A stretch of DNA of 46,982 nt from Acidobacteriota bacterium (GTDB taxonomy: Bacteria > Acidobacteriota > Vicinamibacteria > Vicinamibacterales > UBA2999). Numbering within the stretch: the stretch's first letter is position 1; the number at the start of each line of letters is the position of its first letter. The notes below the pieces were generated by a model. That model did not search any database. It worked only from the letters and a program-made list of their open reading frames with translations, and was not told where the DNA came from. The translations under genes and the position numbers were made by a program. The stretch covers positions 1-46,982 of the forward strand of contig JBKPRH010000070.1 of assembly GCA_046765795.1 (NCBI GenBank), written 5' to 3'. Below are positions 1 to 7,575 of the stretch, piece by piece.

Positions 1-147
1 GCGACCTTGTCGCCCTCGTTGTCGCGACGTATGATCTTCGTCACGGGAGCCGTCGCGGGACCAGAGGCTGAACGCTTTCTCGAGGAGAGCGGCTGCCGCT
101 GGTTGTCCAAGCCCTTCCGGCTCGCAGACTTGCTGCGCACCTCAGTC
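1..147 (+). CDS. C-terminal end of a response-regulator receiver (REC) domain protein; 5' partial, true stop uncertain (frame stays open to 294)
   Basis: Frame +1 reads ...SRRMIFVTGAVAGPEAERFLEESGCRWLSKPFRLADLLRTSV. This has the (I/V)FxTG...FL...L-KPF...L pattern that closes many receiver domains. The last ~48 codons up to the TGA at 292-294 are antisense to the kinase below and look non-protein-like. Confidence 0.5.
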
Positions 148-1103
148 GGTACACCTGGCCCGTCGTCACTGACCTGCAGGACGACCGCGTTGTGTGCGAC
201 GTCGTGCCACGTGCGCAGGACGAGTGACCCGCGTCCATTTGCTGTGAGCATCGCTTGCTCCGCGTTGATCACGAGATTGAGCAGCACTTGCTGAATCTGG
301 TGCGGGTCGGCAAACACGGGCGGCAGTCCGGATGCCAGGGCGGTAACGACGTCGATGTTGGTGAGCCGCTGCTCATAGGCGCGCAACGCGAGCGTTTCGC
401 GGACGACTTGATTCAAATCGATCATCGAGCGCGTTGACTGACGCTTGCGCGCAAACGTCAGCAGATTTCGCACGATGCGAGCCGCGCGCTCTGATTCACC
501 GAGGATCACTTCAACCCCGCGTCGTGATGTCTCGTCGAGATTGCGCTCGGCCAGGCGCTCGGCCCAACTCAGAATCGTCGCGAGCGGATTGTTCAACTCG
601 TGCGCGACGCCTGAAATGGTCTGTCCGAGCGCCGCCATCTTCTCCGCTTGCAACAGCTGCTGATAGAGATCGCGCGACTGATCATCGAGGCGGCGCCGCT
701 CGCTGACGTTGCGCATGAGCGCCTCGACCTGCGAGACGCCGCGCTTTCGTGACGGACCGGCGTGCGCGGTGACTTCGACCCAGATCAGGTCGCCGTCCAG
801 TCTGCGCAATCGAATCAGGTAATCCGTGACTGCGCCCTCGGTGAGCAGACGGCCAAGGAACGCCTGCCTCGCCGCCGGATCGACGAATCGTTCGGGGGCG
901 AACGGAGCCACACGCTCGTCGGCCGTGCCTGGCGCGTAGCCCAGCATCGCCTTGAGAAATGGATTGATGGCTTCAGTAGTGCCTTCGGAGAGCGGATCAG
1001 GCGTTAGCGTTCCGACAAAGACGCCCTCATGAACGGCTTCGAAAAGCCGCGCGAAGGTGTCCGCGCGGGTTCGATGGGGGACTCGTTTGCCTGGCGGCAC
1101 CAC
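129..1103 (-). CDS. PAS-HisKA-HATPase sensor histidine kinase, apparently truncated or disrupted after the G1 box
   Basis: Not in the ORF track because there is no stop inside the window. Minus-strand translation from the GTG at 1103 gives RADTFARLFEAVHEGVFVG...VTDYLIRLRRLDGDLIWVEV (PAS-like), then LYQQLLQAEKMAALGQTISGVAHELNNPLATI (H-box), ADPHQIQQVLLNLVINAEQAM (N-box) and LQVSDDGPGVPTEVRSK (G1). No F-box or G2-box (GxGLGL) appears in any minus frame left of ~129. Confidence 0.65.
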
Positions 1104-1294
1104 GGCAATTATAGGACCCCGTGTGCAGAACCGTGCGTACACGCCGCTGCAACATCGCCCGGTATGCGGGATCTTCCCGAGGTAGAAATCGTGCAGCACT
1201 GGGCGTTTCCAACCGATAACTCCAGCAATTGGCTGAACTAACGCTGGGACTCCGGTATTGAGTGCCATCCCAGCTGACAGGTAGTGAGGATCCC

Positions 1295-2488
1295 ATGCGA
1301 GTAATGGGGCGCAACGACGCCGTCCTGATGATGGGGCTGACCGTTGCGCTGTTTGTGATCTTTTCCGGCCCGGTAGCGACGCTGCTGGAGTACGTGCGCG
1401 AGATCGAGGCGACGCGAGGGCTGCACCTGCTTCCTGCGTTGGTCATCCTTGCGACGATCTTCAGCTTCCATCAGCTCCGCAAGCGCCAGGAGATCAACGC
1501 TGAATCTTTGAGCGTGGCCCGCGCTGCGCAGGAAGCCACCGAGCGCGCTGCGGAAATGTCTCGCCTCGTCGCGTTCGGCCACGCATTGGCTCGCACGATG
1601 GATAGTGAATCGACCGATTCGATTCGCGGCGTGCTGCATGCGCATCTGCCGCTGCTCGCACCCGGGCGCGGTGTGTGGGTCATGACGCGGACGCGCTCGG
1701 GCCATTGGGAATCGCAAGCGACCGTGGGTGAATCAATGCCCGCCGATCGTGAGCGCGCCGCTCGCCGTGCCCTTGGCGAAGCCGATCCCGTCGTTGGTCC
1801 GTCGCCGACAGAAATTTGTTTTCCGATGATCATCGGAGGCGTGCCGGAAGGCGTGCTTGGTGTCGCGCCGGAACCGGCGTTGACCGACCATCAGCGCAGC
1901 GTGCTGAGTGCCGCTGCCGCGCTCCTCGCGGTCTCGTTGAAGAACTCCGAGCTGTTCCGCGAAGTCCGCGAGAACAGCGTTCGCGACGCACTCACCGGCT
2001 GCTTCAATCGTTCCCACGCGCTCGAAGTGCTCGACGCGGAGCTGCGCCGTGCGCGCCGCTCACGGCTGCCGCTCTCGCTAGTGATGTTCGATCTCGACAA
2101 CTTCAAAGGCATCAACGATCGCCATGGTCACTTGTGCGGCGATGCGGTGCTGGCCGCCGTCGGTGCGACGATGAAAGCGGAGCTGCGCGGCAGCGACTTG
2201 AAGTGCCGTTACGGCGGCGACGAATTCATGGTGCTCCTGCCGGACACGCCGCTCATCGGTGCCAAGCAGGTCTCCGAAAATCTGCGACGCGCCATTGCGG
2301 AACACCCGGTGACCTGGAACGACGGGCAGGTCATGGTGACGGCGAGCTTTGGGATCACCTCAATCAATCAAGGCGAAAACGATCCGCTCGGGGCGATTGC
2401 ACGCGCGGACACCGCGCTCTATCGCGCCAAACAGCGCGGACGCAACGGTATCGAACTGGAAGAGCAGCCGGCGGCGTTGGCGAGTTAG
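1295..2488 (+). CDS. Membrane-anchored diguanylate cyclase (GGDEF domain) with an N-terminal TM and sensor region
   Basis: DALTGCFNRSHALEVLDAELRRARR...LSLVMFDLDNFKGINDRHGHLCGDAVL...RYGGDEFMVLLPDT...ADTALYRAKQRGRN. The ATG at 1295 is preceded by GAGGA at 1286-1290. The track ORF starts at 1262 in the same frame. Confidence 0.85.
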   Translation: MRVMGRNDAVLMMGLTVALFVIFSGPVATLLEYVREIEATRGLHLLPALVILATIFSFHQLRKRQEINAESLSVARAAQEATERAAEMSRLVAFGHALARTMDSESTDSIRGVLHAHLPLLAPGRGVWVMTRTRSGHWESQATVGESMPADRERAARRALGEADPVVGPSPTEICFPMIIGGVPEGVLGVAPEPALTDHQRSVLSAAAALLAVSLKNSELFREVRENSVRDALTGCFNRSHALEVLDAELRRARRSRLPLSLVMFDLDNFKGINDRHGHLCGDAVLAAVGATMKAELRGSDLKCRYGGDEFMVLLPDTPLIGAKQVSENLRRAIAEHPVTWNDGQVMVTASFGITSINQGENDPLGAIARADTALYRAKQRGRNGIELEEQPAALAS

Positions 2489-2961
2489 TCGACGCCGTCT
2501 TTCGACCCTGCACTCGTCGTCGGGCCCAACGCGAAGGTCATCGTCCCCTCGAGAACGACTTTGCCGTTGACCCGCGCGAAACCGTACAGCTGTCCCATGC
2601 GACTTCTGAGCCGCTTGACTCTCGCTTCGACTTCCACCACATCTCCGGGACAGACCGGCCGCCGGTAGCGCACGCGCTCGATTCCAACGAACAACGGAAT
2701 CTTGTCGCGGTTCTCCGGCTTCGACAGGATCAAGATCGCGCCGACTTGTGCGACGCACTCAGTGAGGATCGTCGGCGGAACGCCTGGTGCCGCGCCCGTG
2801 GACGGCGACAGAAACCGCTCGCTGATCGACACGTTCTTGATGCCGACGATGCGCTTGTCGGGTTCGAGCTCGGTGATGCGATCGACCAGCAGAAAGGGAT
2901 AGCGGTGCGGGAGAATCTGCTGAATGGCGCGTTGGTCGAGTGGCAGTGTCAAAGCGTCCAT
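2485..2961 (-). CDS. fabZ: 3-hydroxyacyl-ACP dehydratase FabZ
   Basis: IQQILPHRYPFLLVDRITELEPDKRIVGIKNVSISERFL...PGVPPTILTECVAQVGAILIL...IERVRYRRPVCPGD is the typical FabZ hot-dog fold signature. Confidence 0.9.
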   Translation of the reverse strand: MDALTLPLDQRAIQQILPHRYPFLLVDRITELEPDKRIVGIKNVSISERFLSPSTGAAPGVPPTILTECVAQVGAILILSKPENRDKIPLFVGIERVRYRRPVCPGDVVEVEARVKRLRSRMGQLYGFARVNGKVVLEGTMTFALGPTTSAGSKDGVD

Positions 2962-2972
2962 GGGACGAGGCC

Positions 2973-2980
2973 AGTATAAT
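2973..2980. promoter_or_regulatory. Candidate overlapping divergent -10 boxes in the 60-nt fabZ / GAF-PP2C intergenic region
   Basis: AGTATAAT reads TATAAT on the + strand (2975-2980, ~41 nt before the ATG at 3022). It reads TATACT on the - strand (2978-2973, 11 nt before the fabZ ATG at 2961). Confidence 0.2.
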
Positions 2981-3021
2981 TCGATCGCTCGCCAGGGCCC
3001 TTCGGCAACGCACCATCAGCG

Positions 3022-4818
3022 ATGACCAAACCACAGGATACTCCCTCGGACCCGCGTCTTCAGGCGATTGGCCGCGGAGCCACCGACACCGAACTGCTCT
3101 CGACGCTCTTCGAGCTCGGGCGCGAAGTGACGTCGGTGCTGGACCTCGAGGAGCTGCTCGCGAAGATTCCACAGCTGATTGCGCGGCTGACGCGCTTCAG
3201 CGCGTTCTCGGTGTATCTCCTCGACGAACGCCGGCAAGAGCTGCGAATCGCGTATGCGGTGGGTTATCCCGAGGAAGTGTGGTCCACGTTGCGGATGCCG
3301 CTTGGCGCAGGCGTGGTCGGGGCGGCGGTGCAGGAAGGCCGTCCAATTCTCGTCAATGACATTCGCCGCGAGCCTCGATACAAAGGGCCGTTGCGCAACA
3401 TGCTGTCGCAGCTCGCGGTGCCGATGCGGCACAAGGGCAAGGTCATTGGCGCGCTCAACCTCTTGAATGAGGCCGAGGGCGCATTCACGCCCCAGGATGA
3501 AGCACTCCTTCGGCAGTTCGGTGCGCACGTGGCGGTCGCGCTCGAGAACGCTCGACTCTTCAAGAGCGAGCGGCACTATGTGGACACGCTCGAAACGCTG
3601 GCCGAGATCGGTCGTGAAATGGCGTCGATCCTCGATCTCGATGCCCTGCTCACGAGAATCGCGAGCCTGACCAAACGGCTGATCGACTATCGAACGTTCG
3701 GCATCCTGCTGCTCGATGACGCGACCAACGACCTCGAAATGAAACTCGCCGTGCGCTACGGCAAGGGTGCAGAGTCGAAACATGTGCGGCTCGGCGAAGG
3801 CCTCGTCGGATGGGCGGCTCTGCATAAGGAGCCGGTGCTCGTCTCGGATGTCTCGCAGGACCCGCGCTACATCAACATGGTTGATGACGCGCGATCCGAG
3901 CTCGTCATCCCGATGCTAATTAAAGACCGCTGCATCGGTGTGTTCGATCTGGAAAGCCCCGAGCTCGATGCGTTCACCAAGGAGCACAAGGAACTGCTGA
4001 CGCTGCTGGCGAGTCAGGCCGCCGTCGCGATCGACAATGCCAGGCTCTACGAAGAGGTGCGGCGCAACGAGGAACGGATTGAGAAGGAGTTGCGATTTGC
4101 GCAACGCGTCCAGGTAGCGCTGTTGCCCACGGAGCCTCCAAAAACGGCCGAAGGCGTTGATGTCGCAGGGCGCTTCGAGCCGGCACGCGAGCTCGGGGGA
4201 GACATCCACGATTTTCTGGTGCCGGAGCCTGACACGCTGGTGGTCGCGGTCGGTGATGTGTCTGGCAAGGGTGCGCCTGCCGCGCTGTACGGGGCGTTTG
4301 CCGCCGAACAGGTACGATCACGTACTCTGCGCCGGCGCTTCACTCCCGATCGCTTCAGCGTCGCCGGTGTGCTGCGCGCCATGAACACGAATCTCCACGA
4401 GCGGCATCTCGAGGAGTACTACTGCACGCTCTGCTACGCATTTTTTGATTTCAGACGCCGGACCGTCACGCTCTCGAATTCCGGCCTGCCATACCCGATT
4501 CGCTGTTCAGCGGAGAAGTGCGGGCAAATCGAGTTGCCCGGTGTACCACTCGGATCGTTCCCGGGAATCATCTACGACGAAGTCGCGCTCGAATTGAAGC
4601 CTGACGATTTGTTCGTCTTCTGTACTGATGGAATCTTCGAAGCGTGGAATCCGACAGGAGCGGAGTTCGGTGCGAGGCGGCTATGCGATGTCGTTGCCGC
4701 CTCGCGCAGAGAATCAGCACGCGGGATCGTGGATGCAATCTTTCACGCCGTCACCGAATTCCGGGGTTCTGCGCCGCAGGCCGACGACATGACTGCGGTA
4801 GCGATCAAGATTCAGTAA
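3022..4818 (+). CDS. GAF-GAF-PP2C (SpoIIE/RsbU-type) serine phosphatase
   Basis: Two GAF-like blocks are present (...LGAGVVGAAVQEGRPILVNDIRREPRY...LAVPMRHKGKVIGALNL... and ...LGEGLVGWAALHKEPVLVSDVSQDPRY...LVIPMLIKDRCIGVFDL...). They are followed by the PP2C/SpoIIE motifs ARELGGDIHDF...VAVGDVSGKGAPAALY...FCTDGIFEA...DDMTAVAIKI. Confidence 0.85.
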   Translation: MTKPQDTPSDPRLQAIGRGATDTELLSTLFELGREVTSVLDLEELLAKIPQLIARLTRFSAFSVYLLDERRQELRIAYAVGYPEEVWSTLRMPLGAGVVGAAVQEGRPILVNDIRREPRYKGPLRNMLSQLAVPMRHKGKVIGALNLLNEAEGAFTPQDEALLRQFGAHVAVALENARLFKSERHYVDTLETLAEIGREMASILDLDALLTRIASLTKRLIDYRTFGILLLDDATNDLEMKLAVRYGKGAESKHVRLGEGLVGWAALHKEPVLVSDVSQDPRYINMVDDARSELVIPMLIKDRCIGVFDLESPELDAFTKEHKELLTLLASQAAVAIDNARLYEEVRRNEERIEKELRFAQRVQVALLPTEPPKTAEGVDVAGRFEPARELGGDIHDFLVPEPDTLVVAVGDVSGKGAPAALYGAFAAEQVRSRTLRRRFTPDRFSVAGVLRAMNTNLHERHLEEYYCTLCYAFFDFRRRTVTLSNSGLPYPIRCSAEKCGQIELPGVPLGSFPGIIYDEVALELKPDDLFVFCTDGIFEAWNPTGAEFGARRLCDVVAASRRESARGIVDAIFHAVTEFRGSAPQADDMTAVAIKIQ

Positions 4819-4822
4819 AGCG

Positions 4823-5173
4823 CTACTTGACCTTACGGCTGTCTTCTTCGATGTGGAGCCCGATCGAGCGTCCGCCGACGACGGCGACCTCGCTCACCTT
4901 GCCCTTTACCTGCACGCGCGCCCCCTTCGATGGCGACCGGCTCGAGCGTGACACGACGCTGATCTCTCCGCTCCCGTCGTCCACCTTGTAGAACTGGAAC
5001 GGCAGCAAGGGCACGCCGTAGCTGTCAGTCACCTTTCCTGTGACGCTGACGGTCTTGCGCTGGTACTTGTCGGGCTGATCCTTGAGTTCGGCTATGCGGA
5101 TGCTGCTTGCGCATCCGGCGAGAAGAACCGAAGTCAGTAGCGCGATCGACAGCAGACGGCTCGAGAGTCTCAT
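4823..5173 (-). CDS. Small lipoprotein, possible OB-fold (BOF/YgiW-like) protein
   Basis: The internal Met at 5173 is preceded by GGAGGA 7 nt upstream. The signal peptide plus lipobox reads MRLSSRLLSIALLTSVLLAGC, and the mature part is beta-rich (KTVSVTGKVTDSYGVP...ARVQVKGKVSEV). The upstream 64 codons of the track ORF look non-coding. Confidence 0.6.
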   Translation of the reverse strand: MRLSSRLLSIALLTSVLLAGCASSIRIAELKDQPDKYQRKTVSVTGKVTDSYGVPLLPFQFYKVDDGSGEISVVSRSSRSPSKGARVQVKGKVSEVAVVGGRSIGLHIEEDSRKVK

Positions 5174-5191
5174 GGCTCCATCCTCCAGCGG

Positions 5192-5221
5192 CGATGCGGC
5201 CAAGCAAAAATGGTCGCATCG
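5192..5221 (-). promoter_or_regulatory. 10-bp stem (one G-U pair) with a 10-nt A-rich loop, upstream of the lipoprotein gene
   Basis: CGATGCGGCC-aagcaaaaat-GGTCGCATCG. It lies about 19 nt upstream of the start at 5173, within the largest non-coding gap (5174-5503). Confidence 0.25.
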
Positions 5222-5503
5222 GAATCGTGAACGCCCCTGCCAGGGATCCGGGGTGCGGCGATGCCAGCGCCTGCCTGAAGTTACGCCCCCCGGTGATCCG
5301 ACGCGACCGCGAGACGTAATTTCAAGACGCGTGCCCGCCGCAATCGGCCCATTTTCCCTTATCAACGGCTCGATACAAACCGGCCGCGTCCTCCGGCGTG
5401 GTCAGCGGCACGCACGCAGGGGACAGTGCACACCAACTTTCGCGCGGATCCCGCCGTCTTTAGAGGCGGTGGGGTGGCCGGCTGCGCCACCCGGAGGTGG
5501 ACG

Positions 5504-6346
5504 ATGAAGAAAGTGGTTGTGGGCGGGTTCCTGCTCGCGACGGTGGCGTATCTCATGGCATTTCTCCAGACGCCAGCCGCAGCGGCACAGCAGCGCGACC
5601 GCATTCCACCCGCGATTGGTGGGTGGAATCTGGCTCTTGAAGGGCCAGGATCGAGTATCGGCGTGACGGTTCGTGATCAGACCGGGGACGCCTCGGGCGT
5701 GGTGATCGACAGCGTGCGCGAAGGAACGCCCGCGACGCGAGCCGGTCTGCAAAAAGGCGATGTCGTCGTCGAGTTCGACGGCGAACGCGCACGCAGCGCG
5801 CAGCAGTTCACGCGCCTCGTTCGTGAAACGGCACCTGGACAATCCGTGAAGATGACCATCGCGCGTGACGGGTCGAGGCGGACGCTCGACATCACGCCGG
5901 AAGCGCGCGACAGCGTGACGATGCAGCAGTTTCCCCGAATTACCGAAGATGTGTTCCGGGCGTTGCCTCGCGATTTCGACTTCCGTTTCGATCCGCAGGG
6001 CGCGTGGGGCGAGAACTTCTTTGGAACACCGCGTCGCCTGGGCGTGTCCATCGTGCCCTTGAGCGATCAACTGGCGACGTACTTCGGCGTCAAAGAAGGT
6101 GTGCTGGTGTCGGAAGTCGCGAGCGGCACTCCCGCGGCATCGGCCGGCATTCAGGCAGGAGACGTCATCACTGCGGTGAATGGTCGCAGTGTCATGTCAT
6201 CGGCCGATTTGGTTCGCGAAGTGCGCGAGTCGGACGCTGGCTCAACGATCGAGGTCCGGCTCACGCGGAATCACAAGGAGCAGAGCGTCAAGGTGACGCT
6301 GCCGCAACGTCGTCAGGCGCCGGCAGCCGGCACGCTTCCGATCTAG
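5504..6346 (+). CDS. Secreted or anchored protein with two PDZ domains and no protease domain
   Basis: The ATG at 5504 is preceded by GGAGGTGG. There is an N-terminal hydrophobic segment (MKKVVVGGFLLATVAYLMAF). PDZ-like blocks are GVVIDSVREGTPATRAGLQKGDVVVEFDGERA and GVLVSEVASGTPAASAGIQAGDVITAVNGRSV. No Ser-protease His/Asp/Ser motifs were seen. Confidence 0.75.
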   Translation: MKKVVVGGFLLATVAYLMAFLQTPAAAAQQRDRIPPAIGGWNLALEGPGSSIGVTVRDQTGDASGVVIDSVREGTPATRAGLQKGDVVVEFDGERARSAQQFTRLVRETAPGQSVKMTIARDGSRRTLDITPEARDSVTMQQFPRITEDVFRALPRDFDFRFDPQGAWGENFFGTPRRLGVSIVPLSDQLATYFGVKEGVLVSEVASGTPAASAGIQAGDVITAVNGRSVMSSADLVREVRESDAGSTIEVRLTRNHKEQSVKVTLPQRRQAPAAGTLPI

Positions 6347-7542
6347 CCTTCTGCCACTCTTTCGAGCGGCTCTCTCTCGAGCGGCGGCGCATCGCTGGGT
6401 GCCGCCGCGCTCGCGGCTGGCCAGCCCGCAAGGGCCGCAGCGAGCTGGGCAGCGAACATCGTCGTGACTGCGCGACGAGCAGCGTCGGCATCGTGGCCGA
6501 TGCCCAGTTCGACAGCGAGCACACCGACACATCGATCGGGACCGAGCATCGGTGCAGCAAGAGCGCCGCGACCGTCCTGACCGCCAGCCACCGCCTGCAA
6601 CGTGCTCGTTCGCCATGCCGACGCAGTGGCGTTGATTGCCGACCGGTTGATGGGGCCAAGCTTCTGAATGACCTGAGGCGGATAGCCGAACGCCGCAGCG
6701 GCAAACAACTCCTCTCCTGCGGTCATCCAGATGACCACGCCGGAGGCGTCGATGACTGCAGCCGCCTGTTGCAGCAAGTGCGGCAGATCCTCAGCGTTGG
6801 TGAGCCGGCCAATGGCCGTGCACACATTCGCGGCCGCCTGCAGATCGGGGCCCTCGGGTGGTGCGACGTCGTGCATCGCCATCGTGTCCGCGGTTGGCAC
6901 CAGCGGTTGTGACAGTGCCATAGACGCGGGCTCGTCACGAACCACCGGTGTAGGCGCTCGTACAAGAAGGACAGCACCTATCAACCAAAACGATAAGACG
7001 AGGGCCCCGACTGTCCACGAGACGTCGAGCGCCTCTGCCCGCGCCATGGCATAGGCGTCGATCTCGGCAGCGCGAATCGTTCGCAGGCCTGATGCGATGG
7101 CATCGTCCGCAGTTCGACCCTCTGAGAAGATCAGATCGGCGGCCATGAAATCTTGACCTGAAGCAATATGCGCCTGCGCCCGAGTCTCGACGTCGTTGAG
7201 CGTCGCCGCGGCTGCGGTGACGGATTGCAGCGCGCGACCGGACTCGATCGAGCGGACCTGCGTCCGGAGGCGCTCCGCATTCTGGCGAATCTGTCCGATG
7301 AGCTCGGTGACGTTCGCAGAACCCTGCCCTGGAGATGGTGTGACGTACGCCTGTTGGGCGCCGGTAACCGTGTCGAGCGTCGCGAGCAGACGATCGATAC
7401 CGTCGGTCAGATCACGCTGGCCGCGATCGAGTTGCGCGATCTGACGGGAGGTGTTCCAGCTCGACCACGCGGCAACGGCGCCGCTCGCGAGCATGAGGAC
7501 GAGGACGAGAAAACGCCACACGCGGCTCCGCATGTCCGACAC
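6343..7542 (-). CDS. Membrane sensor-like protein: TM, helical periplasmic region, TM, cytoplasmic GAF, with no output domain
   Basis: Two hydrophobic segments (FLVLVLMLASGAVAAW and VGALVLSFWLIGAVLLV) flank a ~170 aa helical region. The C-terminus is GAF-like (LLQQAAAVIDASGVVIWMTAGEELFAAAAFGYP...LAAPMLGPDRCVGVLAVEL). The start is the GTG at 7542 or the ATG at 7533. Confidence 0.6.
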   Translation of the reverse strand: MSDMRSRVWRFLVLVLMLASGAVAAWSSWNTSRQIAQLDRGQRDLTDGIDRLLATLDTVTGAQQAYVTPSPGQGSANVTELIGQIRQNAERLRTQVRSIESGRALQSVTAAAATLNDVETRAQAHIASGQDFMAADLIFSEGRTADDAIASGLRTIRAAEIDAYAMARAEALDVSWTVGALVLSFWLIGAVLLVRAPTPVVRDEPASMALSQPLVPTADTMAMHDVAPPEGPDLQAAANVCTAIGRLTNAEDLPHLLQQAAAVIDASGVVIWMTAGEELFAAAAFGYPPQVIQKLGPINRSAINATASAWRTSTLQAVAGGQDGRGALAAPMLGPDRCVGVLAVELGIGHDADAARRAVTTMFAAQLAAALAGWPAASAAAPSDAPPLEREPLERVAEG

Positions 7543-7575
7543 AGGATAACGCGAGTCCGGCTCAAGCGTGTCAGC

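Noticed and set aside
1068-1075. A GGTTCGAT T-loop-like motif suggesting a tRNA
   Set aside because: It lies inside the histidine kinase coding region, and I could not draw an acceptor stem or anticodon stem around it. No intergenic gap in the window shows a tRNA cloverleaf.
1816-2979. A 387-aa ORF on the + strand overlapping the GGDEF gene (different frame) and fabZ (antisense)
   Set aside because: It is extremely Arg-rich and overlaps two genes with clear homology, so it is not credible as coding.
3016-3825. A 269-aa ORF on the - strand
   Set aside because: It is antisense to the GAF-GAF-PP2C gene. It has no recognisable domain and a shadow-ORF composition.
5174-5503. The largest non-coding gap (330 nt), checked for an SRP, 6S, RNase P or riboswitch-like RNA, or a small ORF
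   Set aside because: I saw no conserved RNA signature, for example no SRP domain IV GGAA/AGCA motifs and no RNase P GAGGAAAGUCC. The ORFs in the gap are Arg/Pro-rich junk. Only short hairpins were found, so it was kept as a divergent promoter region. A covariance-model scan (Rfam/Infernal) would be the decisive test.
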